A stretch of DNA of 64,000 nt. Origin: Okamejei kenojei (taxonomy: Eukaryota). Every line of letters begins with the position of its first letter. The first letter of the stretch is position 1. The stretch covers positions 35,278,001 through 35,342,000 of the forward strand of contig CM069150.1 of the NCBI GenBank assembly GCA_035221665.1, given 5' to 3'. Shown here in pieces: positions 11,942 through 23,059 of this stretch. Made by a program: the position numbers and the translations under genes. The notes below the pieces were generated by a model, which was not told the DNA's origin, did not search any database, and worked only from the letters and a program-made list of their open reading frames with translations.

Positions 11942-13144
11942 TTTCAGTAGAATGCACAAAACCATGTTAATGAACATCCAGAAACCCATGAGCTGGTATA
12001 ACACCTAGTAATATATCTACTTTTAGCATGCTGTTTTGTGGGCCTTAGATTAAACATTGGCCAATGACAACTAGATTTCGAGAGTGTTGAAATATGGCTT
12101 TGGTAGCGATGATCAGGTGAGCTCTGAAATTCAGTTCCTCCCAGGGCCAAAGGTTTTAAGTTGTGTCTCTATTAATGTAATTATGTTAGCAAATAGTTTA
12201 TAAACGTAGAAATCTAAACAAGCACCTTGGCAAATTATTTAATTATTTTCACAGTTTTGCCCGAGGCAACCTGAGAATTTGGCAGAGCGTATAAAGTAGT
12301 TCTGGTTTCTATTCCAGAATAAATTATCCCAAGTGAAGGTCTGTTAAGTAAGAAATAAAATTATTCAAGCCTTTTACCACACATGTGTTTGAGACAGATT
12401 AAATAATCAAATTTGAAACAGAAATTTCAGAAATGGGTCTATGGAATCTCTTGTTCTCGGATGTGTACATTATACATATTATCCAGCAGGGGTCTGTGAG
12501 TGTGAGCCAGAGAGTGAGAGAGCTAACTGCATAAGGAACCTCAATCCGTACAACAAACCAAACAGAACAATTAAATGTGGACTCAGCAAGAAACTGTGCT
12601 CCCAAAATAGGTGAAGCTGAGCCATCCTGTCAAAGCGAAGGGATTTCATCCTCTCACTAATGCAGCAAAGACATATAAACATACATACATTAGCTTACAT
12701 TGCCTTTCTCGGCGCATAAGAGACAATAAGAGAGAGAGACTCATAATATACTGCAGGGTTAATGACAGTCTCCAGACTTTCCCATAATGACAGGTTGTCG
12801 ACAGGTTATTTACTCATTTTCCCCATAATACGTTGTTAGAATTTCATTTTCACTGAATCTGACTGTGAGACCGTGCTGTTCTCTGAAGTAACATTTCTCA
12901 ACAGATGGAGCTAAGACACGCTACTTAAATACATAATACTGCCAAACTTACAAGGTTCACAATCACGTAATTAGCTGTAATTAAGGAACAGTAAGTGAAA
13001 AATAATTTACAGTTTAGTTTATTTATCACATTAGCTAGTGTCAACTTTTGCTCACAGAACAGCATGAATCCAATTTTTTTTTCTCTCCTTTCTACTGTGT
13101 TAATTTAAAATGTAAGAGATTGAATAAAGTGAGACCTACAGTTA

Positions 13145-13551
13145 CCTTCCCGTGCAGGTGCTATAGACCTACACGGGAAGGTAGACGCTCACGCCCACGA
13201 GTCTCGGGCAGATGGGGCTCGGCAGCCTGGGAAGGCAGTCCATCTAGGAGAGGGAAAACTCTGGTTTAAAACCTCCACTGCCTTGTGGCCATATCCAGGA
13301 GTAAACCTCAAGAACATCCGGAGTCTGAGCCCCTAAGGCAGTTCGTCGTTGTCTACAACCTCGCTCTGGCAGCTCCTGCGACAGCGCTGGTGCCAAACTG
13401 TAACGGTCCTGCTGTTCCTTTGGATCGATCAGCGATGTGGGGAGTGGGGACGTGCTGCATGGGCAACAGCCTGTCCTCCATATGACATCGCCCAGGCTTG
13501 TATCCGACCAGGATGCATCACCCATGGTCAGTCATGACCGAGGGGGGCCTA
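13145..13551 (+). mobile_element. Bipartite non-autonomous RTE-derived element
   Basis: RTE-type 5'UTR motifs (GGCAGTCCATCTAGGAGAGGGAAAACTCTGG..AAACCTCC; GCTGCATGGGCAACAGCCTGTCCTCCATAT) joined to a 3' stem-loop GGTCA-GTCA-TGACC and a CTA-repeat end. Flanked by CTACA(G/C)TTA. Confidence 0.6.
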
Positions 13552-14743
13552 CTACACTTAGGGATTTTGTTTTTGCAAACTATTTTGTAATGGCTAAAAT
13601 ATGGGAAATGCGCAATTATTCCTTGAGATGAAACCACTTTGCATAAATAAGTAACTCGTAAATGTATATCCCTAACTGTTGCAAATTAAAGCATTTGCTG
13701 ACATTTTGGGGAAGAATTAAGTCATTTACAAAATGGTGCACCAGTCTGGAATTTTCCACTTGAGCATTTCTATCAAATCATTGAGGAGATTTTGATTTCA
13801 GCCATTATTTTTTTAATTTTAATGTATATTTGCACTTTGGCAGCACCTCAGGATGTGAGGTGTGCTGTACAGTAGGACTCTCTCCTCACCCAGCCCTGCG
13901 ACAATCCTAGCCTAGGAAAACAAAACCTTGTTGCAGATAATTCCAACTTCAACGTTTGGAGTTAAGTTTGCCCTGTCGTATCCGCATTCCGTCATCCAAG
14001 AAGTTGATCTTTCAAAAGATGTGTTCCTCTTTCATAATTTATTGCTTCCTGTTAAGACAGTTTTTAAAACAAGTCCTTTCTATGAATGAAATGTTGTCAT
14101 TTGTTCATACTATTCCCAACTAGTCTGTAATAATGGTAAAATTAATTCTTCTCAGATACTGTTGTGGAATGTGGCCCAACAGAGATTGATATGAACACAG
14201 TTTAGCAACCAGACCTGGATTGCTCCAGGAATGTAGGTAATGAAGCCTTACTCTCTGAACTTTGTGGTGATCGATACGAGCATTAAATATGTTCAGGAAA
14301 GTGACAAGTGTAATTTATTACTAAAATGCTGATTGGGGATAATTCAAAGTAAATTGCAAAACTTCAAGCAGAGAATTCATCATGTCAAAAAGTGCGCACG
14401 CAAAACTGTGATGCAAAAGCGACCAATTTATGGGGATGGCGGGAGGATGGGACAGCGGTAATGTTTACATTTCAACTGAAAGAGAGGGGCATTGGCTAGG
14501 AGAATTGGAAGATCATAAAGAGAGAGATTGTATTACAATTTTCTCCTTGAGATTCGAGGGATAACTCTTTAGTCAGAGAACACTGTCGAGTGTGTAGCAC
14601 TACCAAGTGTTGGACATGTGTCTCAAATCACACACGTGACACTATGACCTACATAATGCTATTGCATTTGAGGAAAGGTCAAAAATTATACTTAAAGGCT
14701 AGGGATAATGGTTCGCATGCAGGGCATCATGTGTGTACACTTA

Positions 14744-14960
14744 AGATAGGCACAAAATGCTGGAGTAACAGGCAGCATCTCTGGAGAGAAGGAATGGGTG
14801 ACGTTTTTCTGATCGAGATCCTTCTTGAGTCGGATGAAGGGTCTCTACCGGAAACGTCACCCATTCCTTCTCTCCAGAGATGCTGCTTGTCCCGCTGAGT
14901 TACTCCTGCACTTTGTGTCTATATTCGGTTTAAACCAGCATCTGCAGTTCCTTTGTTACA
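14744..14960. mobile_element. Inverted Penelope-like pLTR unit with 16-bp TSD
   Basis: Fold-back centred near 14825. Perfect TSD CATGTGTGTACACTTA at 14728-14743 and 14961-14976. Confidence 0.9.
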
Positions 14961-15326
14961 CATGTGTGTACACTTACTGGTTTAAAACTGTTCCGATCAC
15001 CAGTGCTTTCCCGCTACCTCAGCATCAACAGCTGGAATGGGAGGATGCAGTGTGCAGTAGTAGACTGTAACAAGGCCACATACGGTTGGGAATGTGATTT
15101 GTATCAAACAAACATTTTGCATATAAATCCTTGAAAATGGCAGTGCATGTTGTGAAGTGTTAATGGAACATAATAGTTTCATAAATAAAAGCACAGGGTA
15201 CAGGTGTAAGGGGATTATGTCAAACTATTGTAGTCCATACCTGGAGATTGCCTCCATTTCTAGTTACCGTGCTTTTGGACCTAGAAAGAGCAGGTCTGGG
15301 AGCATCTCCAGAGAACATGGATAGGT

Positions 15327-15624
15327 TGGCACAGTGGTGCAGCGGTAGAGTTGCTGCCTTACAGCGACTGAGACCTGGGTTCAATCCTGAGTAAGGGTGC
15401 TGTCTGTACGGAGTTTGTACGTCCTCTCTGAGACCATGTGAAGTTTCTCTGGGTGCTCCAGTTTCCTCGCACGCTCCAAAGATGTACAGGTTTGTAGGTT
15501 AATTGACTTTGTTAAGTTGAAAGATTGTCCCTAGTGTGTAGGATAGTGCTAGTGTATGGGGTGATCCCTGTTCGGACTCGATGGGCCGAAGAGCCTGTTT
15601 CCATAATGTATCTCTAAAGTCTAA
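15327..15624 (+). mobile_element. HE1-type V-SINE (near full length) inserted in a pLTR remnant
   Basis: TGGCACAGTGGTGCAGCGGTAGAG (A box), GGTTCAATCC (B box), V-domain and CR1-like tail. pLTR pieces lie at 15288-15326 and 15627-15662. Confidence 0.9.
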
Positions 15625-15856
15625 AAATGTGATGATTCGATATGGGATCCTTCTTCGGACTGAAATATCCTGTAAAATTTCTCCACTAGCATATGGTTTG
15701 GGACCAGTAGACACAGATTAGTATTGGGCAAAGACACAGGAGGGATGATGTTTATGCAGAGAGTTGTTGTGATCTGGAACTTGTGACCCATGGCTAACCC
15801 AAGACAACCAAAATCAATTGGATGGCATTGAAGATATTCCTCGACAAAATCAGAAA

Positions 15857-16030
15857 TAATGAATGAATGAATGAATGAATAAACAAGTTTATTGGCCAAG
15901 TATTCACATACAAGGAATTTGCCTTGGTGCTCCGCCCGCAAGTAGCAACATGACATACAGTGACAGTTAGGAATAACACACAAAATATTAAACATTAATA
16001 ATAAAACATCATCGATTAAACATGTGAATT
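15857..16030 (-). mobile_element. LINE 3' end with (TTCA)n tail
   Basis: GGCCAATAAACTTGTTTATTCATTCATTC on the minus strand. Same family as 63917-64000. Confidence 0.6.
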
Positions 16031-16159
16031 AAATTAAATGTTTTTCAATTCAGTTCAAACAATCTCCTCTGTTATGATTCAATAATTCTGCCTCATTCAA
16101 AATTATGGAGCAAAAACCCATAGAATTCTGTACAGGCGCCTAAATGCTACATATGGAGA

Positions 16160-16262
16160 AAAAAAATAGAAACTGCTGGAAATATCCAGTAGGACAGAGA
16201 GTGTCGGTAGAGAGAGAAAAAGAGTTCACGTTGCAGGTCGATGACCTTTCACCAAAACTGAG
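16160..16262 (-). mobile_element. Old Penelope-like pLTR (subfamily C)
   Basis: Minus strand CAGTTTTGGTGAAAGGTCATCGACCTGCAACGTGAACTC is a decayed hammerhead with stem I AGTT/AACT. Confidence 0.6.
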
Positions 16263-16465
16263 AGGAATCAGTAGAAGATAGGTGTGTTTTTTGGCTGATG
16301 TCAATGGAACTGAATTTCAGAAGGGGAGCAATTGCGATGTGTTGTGTGTCGGGTGAATCTGGTTGCAAACGTTGGGTAAAAATGGGCACAATGTAAATCA
16401 ATGTCAGGACCGATTTCCAAGGCTCAGAATGCCTGTGAAATGGTCATCCAAGTTGTTACATTTAT

Positions 16466-16753
16466 TTGTTTAGTTTGGAGATAATGCACGGAAACAGGCC
16501 CTTCAGCCTACCAAGTCCGCATCAACCAGCGATCCCCGTACACTTACACTATCGTACACACGCTAGGGACAATGTACAATTATACCAAGGCAATTAGCCT
16601 ACAAACATGTAGGTCTTTGGAGTGTGGGAGGAAACCGGAGATCGCAGAGAAAACCCACGCAGGTCACAGGACAAACTCCGTACAGACAGCACCCGTAGTC
16701 AGGATGGAACCCGGGCCTCTGTTGCTGTGAGGCAGCAACTCTGCCACTGTGCC
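16466..16753 (-). mobile_element. HE1-type V-SINE
   Basis: Head, V-domain and tail all present in reverse orientation. Confidence 0.9.
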
Positions 16754-16776
16754 AAATCAGACTATTTTTCAATCAT

Positions 16777-16991
16777 GTTGTTAAAGAAGGAACTGCAGAT
16801 GCTGGAGAATCGAGGGTTACACAAAAAGCTGGAGAAACTCAGTGGGTTCAGCAGCATCTAAGGAGCGAAGGAGATAGGCGACGTTTTGGGTCGAGACCCT
16901 GAAGAAGGGTCTCGACCCGAAACGTCGCCTATCTCCTTCGCTCCTTAGATGCTGCTGCACCCGCTGAGTTTCTCCAGCTTTTTGTGTAACC
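16777..16991. mobile_element. Inverted Penelope-like pLTR unit (subfamily B) with 15-bp TSD
   Basis: About 85-bp near-perfect inverted arms meeting at the hammerhead. TSD CTATTTTTCAATCAT at 16762-16776 and 16992-17006. Confidence 0.9.
16899..16926 (+). ncRNA. Minimal hammerhead ribozyme motif (intact core)
   Basis: CUGAAGA-A-GGGUC-UC-GACCC-GAAAC-GUC. Stem I is lost at the inversion junction. Confidence 0.6.
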
Positions 16992-17611
16992 CTATTTTTC
17001 AATCATTGCTGTAGTTACATAAAACAAGTGATGAGGGAATTGATACCTATGTTAACCAACCCCCAAGATATTCAGTGGCAATTACTGTAATAACTATGTA
17101 GCTACCGATTAATAAATGGCTCACAAAGACCTTTCTGTGGAGGCTGAATGAGCAAATGGGCAATCACCTCATTAATCACCTTCTACGACCCCACCACCCC
17201 AATCATCACCCCAGCACCATCTGTACTTACCTTTGAACCGTCAGGCGGGTGGGAGGCTGGTGGGAAAAGTGACTCAGCTTTGACCTGCTCGAAGATGCAC
17301 CTCGAATTGAGCAGCCTGCCTGTGGAGATGCAACAAATGCAGGCAGCTACAGTAAAATGTTAATGAGCCCCACTAGCCTTGCTTTGATCTCGAACCTCCT
17401 GGTTGAAGCACACTCCTGCTGTTCAACACCAAGGCTGAGCCTCAAAATGTACTCACTAAACATGATTAACATGCAACGGGGAGAAGTTCTCCTGAGCTCT
17501 GAGCACAAGCGAGAATATCGGACATCTGACTTGAAGCGCCCGCCAAAAGTCTGGCTTTGGTTTTAATGTTGTGAACCAGAGTAAATTTCACACCGACGGT
17601 GCCTGAGTTTT

Positions 17612-17651
17612 AACTCTACCCTATGGCAAGAATTTGATGTCATGATAGATC
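17612..17651 (+). repeat. 40-bp exact direct repeat, copy 1
   Basis: AACTCTACCCTATGGCAAGAATTTGATGTCATGATAGATC, identical to 19197-19236. Confidence 0.95.
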
Positions 17652-17712
17652 CCATTCCTTCTCTCCAGAGATGCTGCCTGTCCCGCTGAGTTACTCCAGC
17701 ATTTCGTGTCTC
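17651..17712 (+). mobile_element. Penelope-like pLTR fragment starting at the predicted cleavage site
   Basis: CCCATTCCTTCTCTCCAGAGATGCTGCCTGTCCCGCTGAGTTACTCCAGC. Confidence 0.85.
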
Positions 17713-19196
17713 CCTGTGTTTTAACACGTGCTTGGAATTGGACTGCTACACTTAATTATTCATGTCATTGCACTATTCACAGGGAAAGAGGCAACCAATA
17801 GTGACATGCACGCTAATTCAATTGTAAAAAAAAAAATCCTCCGTTGATTATCATACACAATATGTACAAAATTAATTCTCCAGCTCCAGGAATCCAATCC
17901 AGGCAATTAAGTCTTAATTGCACTTATACTTCTTATTTGTTGATTTGTTGTTTCAATTTTCTGTCACATCACAGAAGGTTTTAGAAAGGCCTTGTTTTAG
18001 TGCTGGTAAAATTTAGCTTTGTTGATAAGCAGATTCTCAAGCCAAGATCTAGTCTTATCAGTAAGTTGGAGGAAGGAGGATTTAAATTTTATGTTGTGCC
18101 CTGTGCTCGAAGGCAGGAGCTAGTGCATCCTAGAAAGACAAAATGTCTGTCCTGATGAAGGATAGAACCTGTCAATTGGCATTTAACCAAATTTTAATTA
18201 GTGCAATTTAATTTGTGTCTGCATTTGAGAGGTAAATAATATTACATTGTTTATGAAGCTGTGGTAGGGGAAGAATATTCTAATGTGGAAATTGTTTCTT
18301 CGGTATGTTATTGATAGCTTTGCCATCTTACCTTCCTATCTGATTTTTTCCACTGACAGCTTTTAGAAGTAGGTGAATTTTCAACTTTCCACACTGAAAG
18401 TTGGCAGCTATTACTGAAACTACCTTGAATCAATAGAAATGAAATTCTGGCTTTTTTTTTCAACACTGCCGATCTCCAACACTGCTTTTACACTGAGGAG
18501 GGGGAAATATTGAAATAAAAAATATGTATTTTCCGATTCAGAACTATTCATGTCATGCCAGCCTTGTTAGTCCCTCACTTATCAAGAATGTAATGTCTGA
18601 TAAGTCACAATTTAAAAAAATATATTGAGGCCTCTTAATTTGCAAATGAAAAATGTAATGATATAAATAGTGTTTCATTTTGATCACCTGCTTGCCACAT
18701 AAAGCAAAAATAATTTGCAACTTATGTGTCTTTCCTCCTCCCCAAAAACATTTTACTAATGACAGATCACCTTCAAAAATATCTGTTTTATTTAAAAATT
18801 GAATATCATCAAGTCTAATCTGTTCACACAAAACATACTTGTATCAGAAGCTGACAATCCAAAATTCTGGTGTCCATTTTAGGGTAAGCATGGATGATTT
18901 ATTTCCCCTGCAATTTTGCTGTCTTTTGCCTGTATGTTTTATGCAGATTCTGATAGTTCATTCTGCTATTGCCCATCATCATCTCATCCTGCAATTAGGG
19001 CATCAGACTCCTTTTGTCATTCTTTATAAGCTTAAGAATCACACTCGATGAACTGCCATTTAAAGACAGGGGGGTTCAGACAAGCCCCAGCATTTGAAGT
19101 ATGTTCCTCTTTGCTAATAACACATTTCTTGTTAGTTTTGCCTTGGGAAGGTCATCGGTACCCAAGGGATTCAGTGTTCCCTCCAACACTTAGTCA

Positions 19197-19236
19197 AACT
19201 CTACCCTATGGCAAGAATTTGATGTCATGATAGATC
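19197..19236 (+). repeat. 40-bp exact direct repeat, copy 2
   Basis: Identical to 17612-17651. Lies between two CCTTGGGAAG copies (19141-19150, 19243-19252). Confidence 0.95.
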
Positions 19237-19849
19237 ACATCTCCTTGGGAAGCCTCATAATAGTACAAGGCACAAACAAGACGGAATATGGCACCTCAGC
19301 ATCTAAATAACAAAATCCCCCTCTCTCTGCGTCTCTCCTGTGCACCTTATTTCAATTTATTTGCTTTTTTTTTGTCTTTATTTTAGAAAGTGATTTTTTT
19401 CACATAAGAATTGTGTCAATATTTTCTTACTGCTTGATAGTTAATGATAGCCACTTCCTTATCCACACCTATTTAACTCCCTGAGAACCAATTGCTGCAT
19501 TCTCAAGTGGCACGGTTTACTATTTCCCTGCTTCCAGCGGGACAGTTTAATGTCCAAACCTAGTCACTACAACACAGTCTTTTGCCACCAGTCAAATTAA
19601 TAAAGACCAATGCATTACTCTATAATTCAATCATTAACTTAACCTTCTGGGTTGAACCTGATACTTTATTATCGAGAACAATGCAAAGTTCATTTTGTGC
19701 AATGTGTAGGATTAGCAGATGATACACAGATTAGATATTTGGCTCGGGAAACCCTCCAAATGATCCTCCCTCCAGCACTTCTGATTCCTCCCTAACCTGC
19801 CCCGTCATGACTACCTGTCCCCGATCACCCTCCCAACCAACACCCCACC

Positions 19850-20135
19850 ATTGGAGAGAGTACAGCAGAGATTTATCTGGCTGCTGTTAGGATGGAACAT
19901 CTCAAATGGTGGAGAGATTGGAAAGGTTGCTTTACTTAGTGTGAAAGGGGCCTTATGAAGGGCATGGGTAGAATGGATTGTGAGGAGGTTTATCCATAAC
20001 AGAGGTTTAAAACCAAAGGGCGTAGGTTTAAGGAGAGGATTAAGAGAGTTCCAGGGATGTGAGGTAAAACCGAATGGGTGGTTGAGAATGCGGTGGAAAC
20101 ACTATTTATAAAGTATCTGGATGAAACATCAAAGC
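19850..20135 (+). mobile_element. Degenerate CR1 remnant
   Basis: TTGGAGAGAGTACAGCAGAGATTTA...AAAACCAAAGGGCGTAGGTTTAAGG. Confidence 0.55.
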
Positions 20136-20144
20136 GTAGCCAAC

Positions 20145-20450
20145 TACACACGAACACAAGGAAATAGGAGCAGCGATGGGCCACCAGTCCCCTCATGCCT
20201 GCTCGGCCATTCAGTGTCCATTCTGATCTGAATTCTTCCTATGTGCCGGTTCTTCTTAACCCTCAACTCCTGGATCTTAATCATCATCATCTTAAATCTC
20301 TCTAATGATCTCGCCACGACCACGTTCTGGAGCTGATAATTCCACAAGTTCATGTCCCTCGAACAGCAGGAATATCTGCACACCTCAGTTTTAAATGACA
20401 GGCCCCTTATTTTATAACTATGTTCCCTTGTTTGTGACTCTCCTGCTAGT
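20145..20450 (-). mobile_element. Degenerate CR1 3' end
   Basis: GESQTREHSYKIRGLSFKTEV..NLWN in ORF 20144-20503(-). Confidence 0.7.
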
Positions 20451-20499
20451 AGAAGGTGATTGGTGCTGGTGAATAGGATTACCATAGATGGGTACTTGA

Positions 20500-20685
20500 G
20501 CAAAGAACAAAGTAATGGAGTAAGTCAGAGGGTCAGGCAGCACCTGTGGAGAGAATCGATAGGCAGTGTTTCAGATCGAGACCCTTCAGACTAAAGAAGA
20601 GTCTCTTTACATCTGAAACATCACCTATCCCTTCCCTACACATATGCCATCTGACCTGCTGAGTTGCTCGGCATCTTGCCGTTTC
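20500..20685. mobile_element. Degenerate inverted pLTR unit
   Basis: GGTCAGGCAGCACCTGTGGAG...GAGACCCTTCAGACTAAAGAAGAGTCTC...GAAACATCACCTATCC...GACCTGCTGAGTT. Confidence 0.65.
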
Positions 20686-21054
20686 TCGTATCTCCATTGA
20701 TATGCACCTGATGGTCAGCCCAGACATGATGGATCGAAGGGCCAGTTTCTGTGCAATGTGGCTTTTTAACACCATCATTTGCCCTTCCAACAGATTTGCC
20801 ACCGTACCGCTCCCCCTCCCCCACCACAAGTGACTACCTCCCTTTGGCAAGTCTCTTTCCCCACACATGCCACCTGCAACTGCGCTGAATGTTTGTTTTT
20901 ATTGTAATCTTCACAAGATTACATTCTGCCGGACCGGCGTGGACCACCTGAACTGATGCTCCTCAGACTTCCCAGTGGTGCTTGTGACACTCCAGCCAAG
21001 GAACCTGCCATTTGCTGCATTTGAGGTTCTCACCTTTGCTGAAGTCCAATTTTA

Positions 21055-21126
21055 GGCTGGTTCGCATGCAACAAATGCTTTTGACTGTACCTCGATACAC
21101 GTGACAATAAACTAAACTGAAACTGA
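21055..21126 (+). mobile_element. Rex1-like 3' tail
   Basis: CTGTACCTCGATACACGTGACAATAAACTAAACTGAAACTGAAC. Confidence 0.75.
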
Positions 21127-21589
21127 ACGCGCCCCTTGGAGTCTCCCTGTTACACTGTAACATCTGTCCCTGTGCACTTCATATAGATTGAATAGGTTGA
21201 CAATTTAGATCCTCAGCTACCCTTGGGGAATAACAAGATCATCTCCAGCAATATTTTAGGGCTCTAATGGTAAAAAAAAACACCATTATTGCAGGATGAT
21301 TAATTGAAAATTGAGAACGTTACTGTGCAGATAAAGTAATTTGCACTTCAAGAAAAATATGGTAGACTGATTATTTGAGCTTGCACATGCAATAAGGATT
21401 CCGCACAACACCTCAGAGGTTAACTCTTCACAAACTGATTTATTAGGTAATAATAAATGAGTGTGTGAAGAGTTAATCACCAAGAGAGACTCATCCACTT
21501 CCTTCCACATACACTGATTTCACCAGAGGAAGAAAGATTCAAAAGGGGAAAAAGGAAAATATTTTACAGCAATGATATTTTAAAATGTG

Positions 21590-21688
21590 GATAAACACAA
21601 AAAGCTGGAGTAACTCAGCGGTGCAGGCATCATCTCTGGAGAGAAGGAATGGGTGACATTTCCAGCCGATATCCTTCTTCAGACTGGT
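21590..21688 (-). mobile_element. Penelope-like pLTR fragment
   Basis: GCTGGAGTAACTCAGCG...GGAGAGAAGGAATGGGTGAC...CCTTCTTCAGACTG. Confidence 0.75.
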
Positions 21689-21694
21689 GTGAAG

Positions 21695-21843
21695 ATGGAT
21701 AGATTCTTGATTAGTTATTGATCAGGTATTATGGCAGAAGGCAAGAGAATTGGGATGAGATAGATCTGCCATGATTGAATGGTGGAGTAGACTTGATGGG
21801 CTGAATGGCCTAATTCTACCTCCCACATCTTATGAACTTATGA
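21695..21843 (+). mobile_element. CR1 3' end
   Basis: GATAGATTCTTGATTAG...GCCATGATTGAATGG...GAATGGCCTAATTCT...TTATGAACTTATG. Confidence 0.75.
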
Positions 21844-21854
21844 TCAAAAAGCTA

Positions 21855-22075
21855 AACATTGCAGATGCTGGAAATCCAAAAGAAAAAAAAAGAAAAAAAG
21901 CTGGAACTACTTAGTAGGTCAGGCACCATCTGTACAGAGAAATACAGAGTTCAAGGCCAATGGCACTAGTCTGAACCATTCTACTGCACGGAGATTATCC
22001 GTAAACATTTACCCAGTTTCTCTCCACTGATGCTGCCTGACCTGCAGACTGTTCCAGCAGTTGAAGTTTTTAGTT
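21855..22075. mobile_element. Old inverted Penelope-like pLTR remnant
   Basis: GCAGATGCTGGAAATCC...GGTCAGGCACCATCTG and the reverse GATGCTGCCTGACCTGC..TTCCAGCA. Confidence 0.55.
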
Positions 22076-22491
22076 TACATTTTACCACAGCTGTGCATCT
22101 CACATACCACAGATACAGTTTTCCGTTCTCATCTTGAACCTATTGGTGACAGATGTTCATGGAGCAAAGAGAGAGTTCACCCGTGGGTTTGCTCCTTGCT
22201 TGCTCGGGTTAATGTGGCTGGGTTGGGTGCAGTACAATGATGCCTCTGGAATGAACATAACCCTGGACTCTCTCACTGTATGAAAAATGTGAAAAATCTT
22301 CAAGCTAGGCATCCAACAGTCAGCCAAAACAGACGGGCCTAGAAGCCCTTCAGCATCTGGAACAGATGATAAAGATGCAGCATGTAACAGACAAACTTAT
22401 ATTTCTTTCAAGGACCCACTCTTATAACATTATTTTGCATGCACGATCCTACAGTGAGTTGAGCGACAAGCTGAACGGTCTAGAGCACACG

Positions 22492-22811
22492 TTTTAGTTG
22501 TAGATATTAGTTAAAAATATAGCGAGGAAACAGGCCCTTCGGCCCACCGAGTCCACACCGACCAGCGATCCCTGCACATTAACACTATCCTACACACACT
22601 AGGGACAATTTACATTTATAAAATGCCAATTAACCTCCAAACCTGTACGTCTTTGGAGTGTGGGAGGAAACCGACGAGTTCGGAGAAAACCCATGCGGTC
22701 ACGGGGAGAATGTACAAACTCCATACCGGCAGCACCCATGTTGGGATCGAACCGGGGTCTCTGGCGCTGCAAGCGCTGTAAAGCAACTCTACCGCTGCGC
22801 CACTGTGCCCG
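22492..22811 (-). mobile_element. HE1-type V-SINE, full length
   Basis: Minus strand GGGCGGGCACAGTGGCGCAGCGGTAGAGTTGC...CGGTTCGATCCC...V-domain...GGGCCGAAGGGCCTGTTTCC. Confidence 0.9.
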
Positions 22812-23059
22812 CCCAATGATAGACATTCTCAAAGGCCTTTCTGCTGCTGACGTTTGCAATGGCAAAGTAACTGAACAAAAACAGGAAGATGTTGAGGAAG
22901 GCTTGTGGGAGCATTGTAGTGGATGGGGAGCACTTGAACTCTGCTCAAGCTTAGTGGGAGTCATGGGCTGCTGACTCTGGGAGAGTTGGAGTCCTGATCA
23001 AGAGAGAGTAGGGCAAACACAAGGAAGTTCTCCAAAGCTGCTGAAAATAATTTTTTTAA

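Noticed and set aside
18150-18180. CTGATGAAGGATAGAACCTG hammerhead-like start
   Set aside because: It lacks the GAAA box and the cleavage triplet, so at most it is a decayed relic.
22730-22811. tRNA-like sequence with A and B boxes
   Set aside because: It is the tRNA-derived head of a SINE, continuing into the V-domain and LINE-like tail. It is not a tRNA gene.
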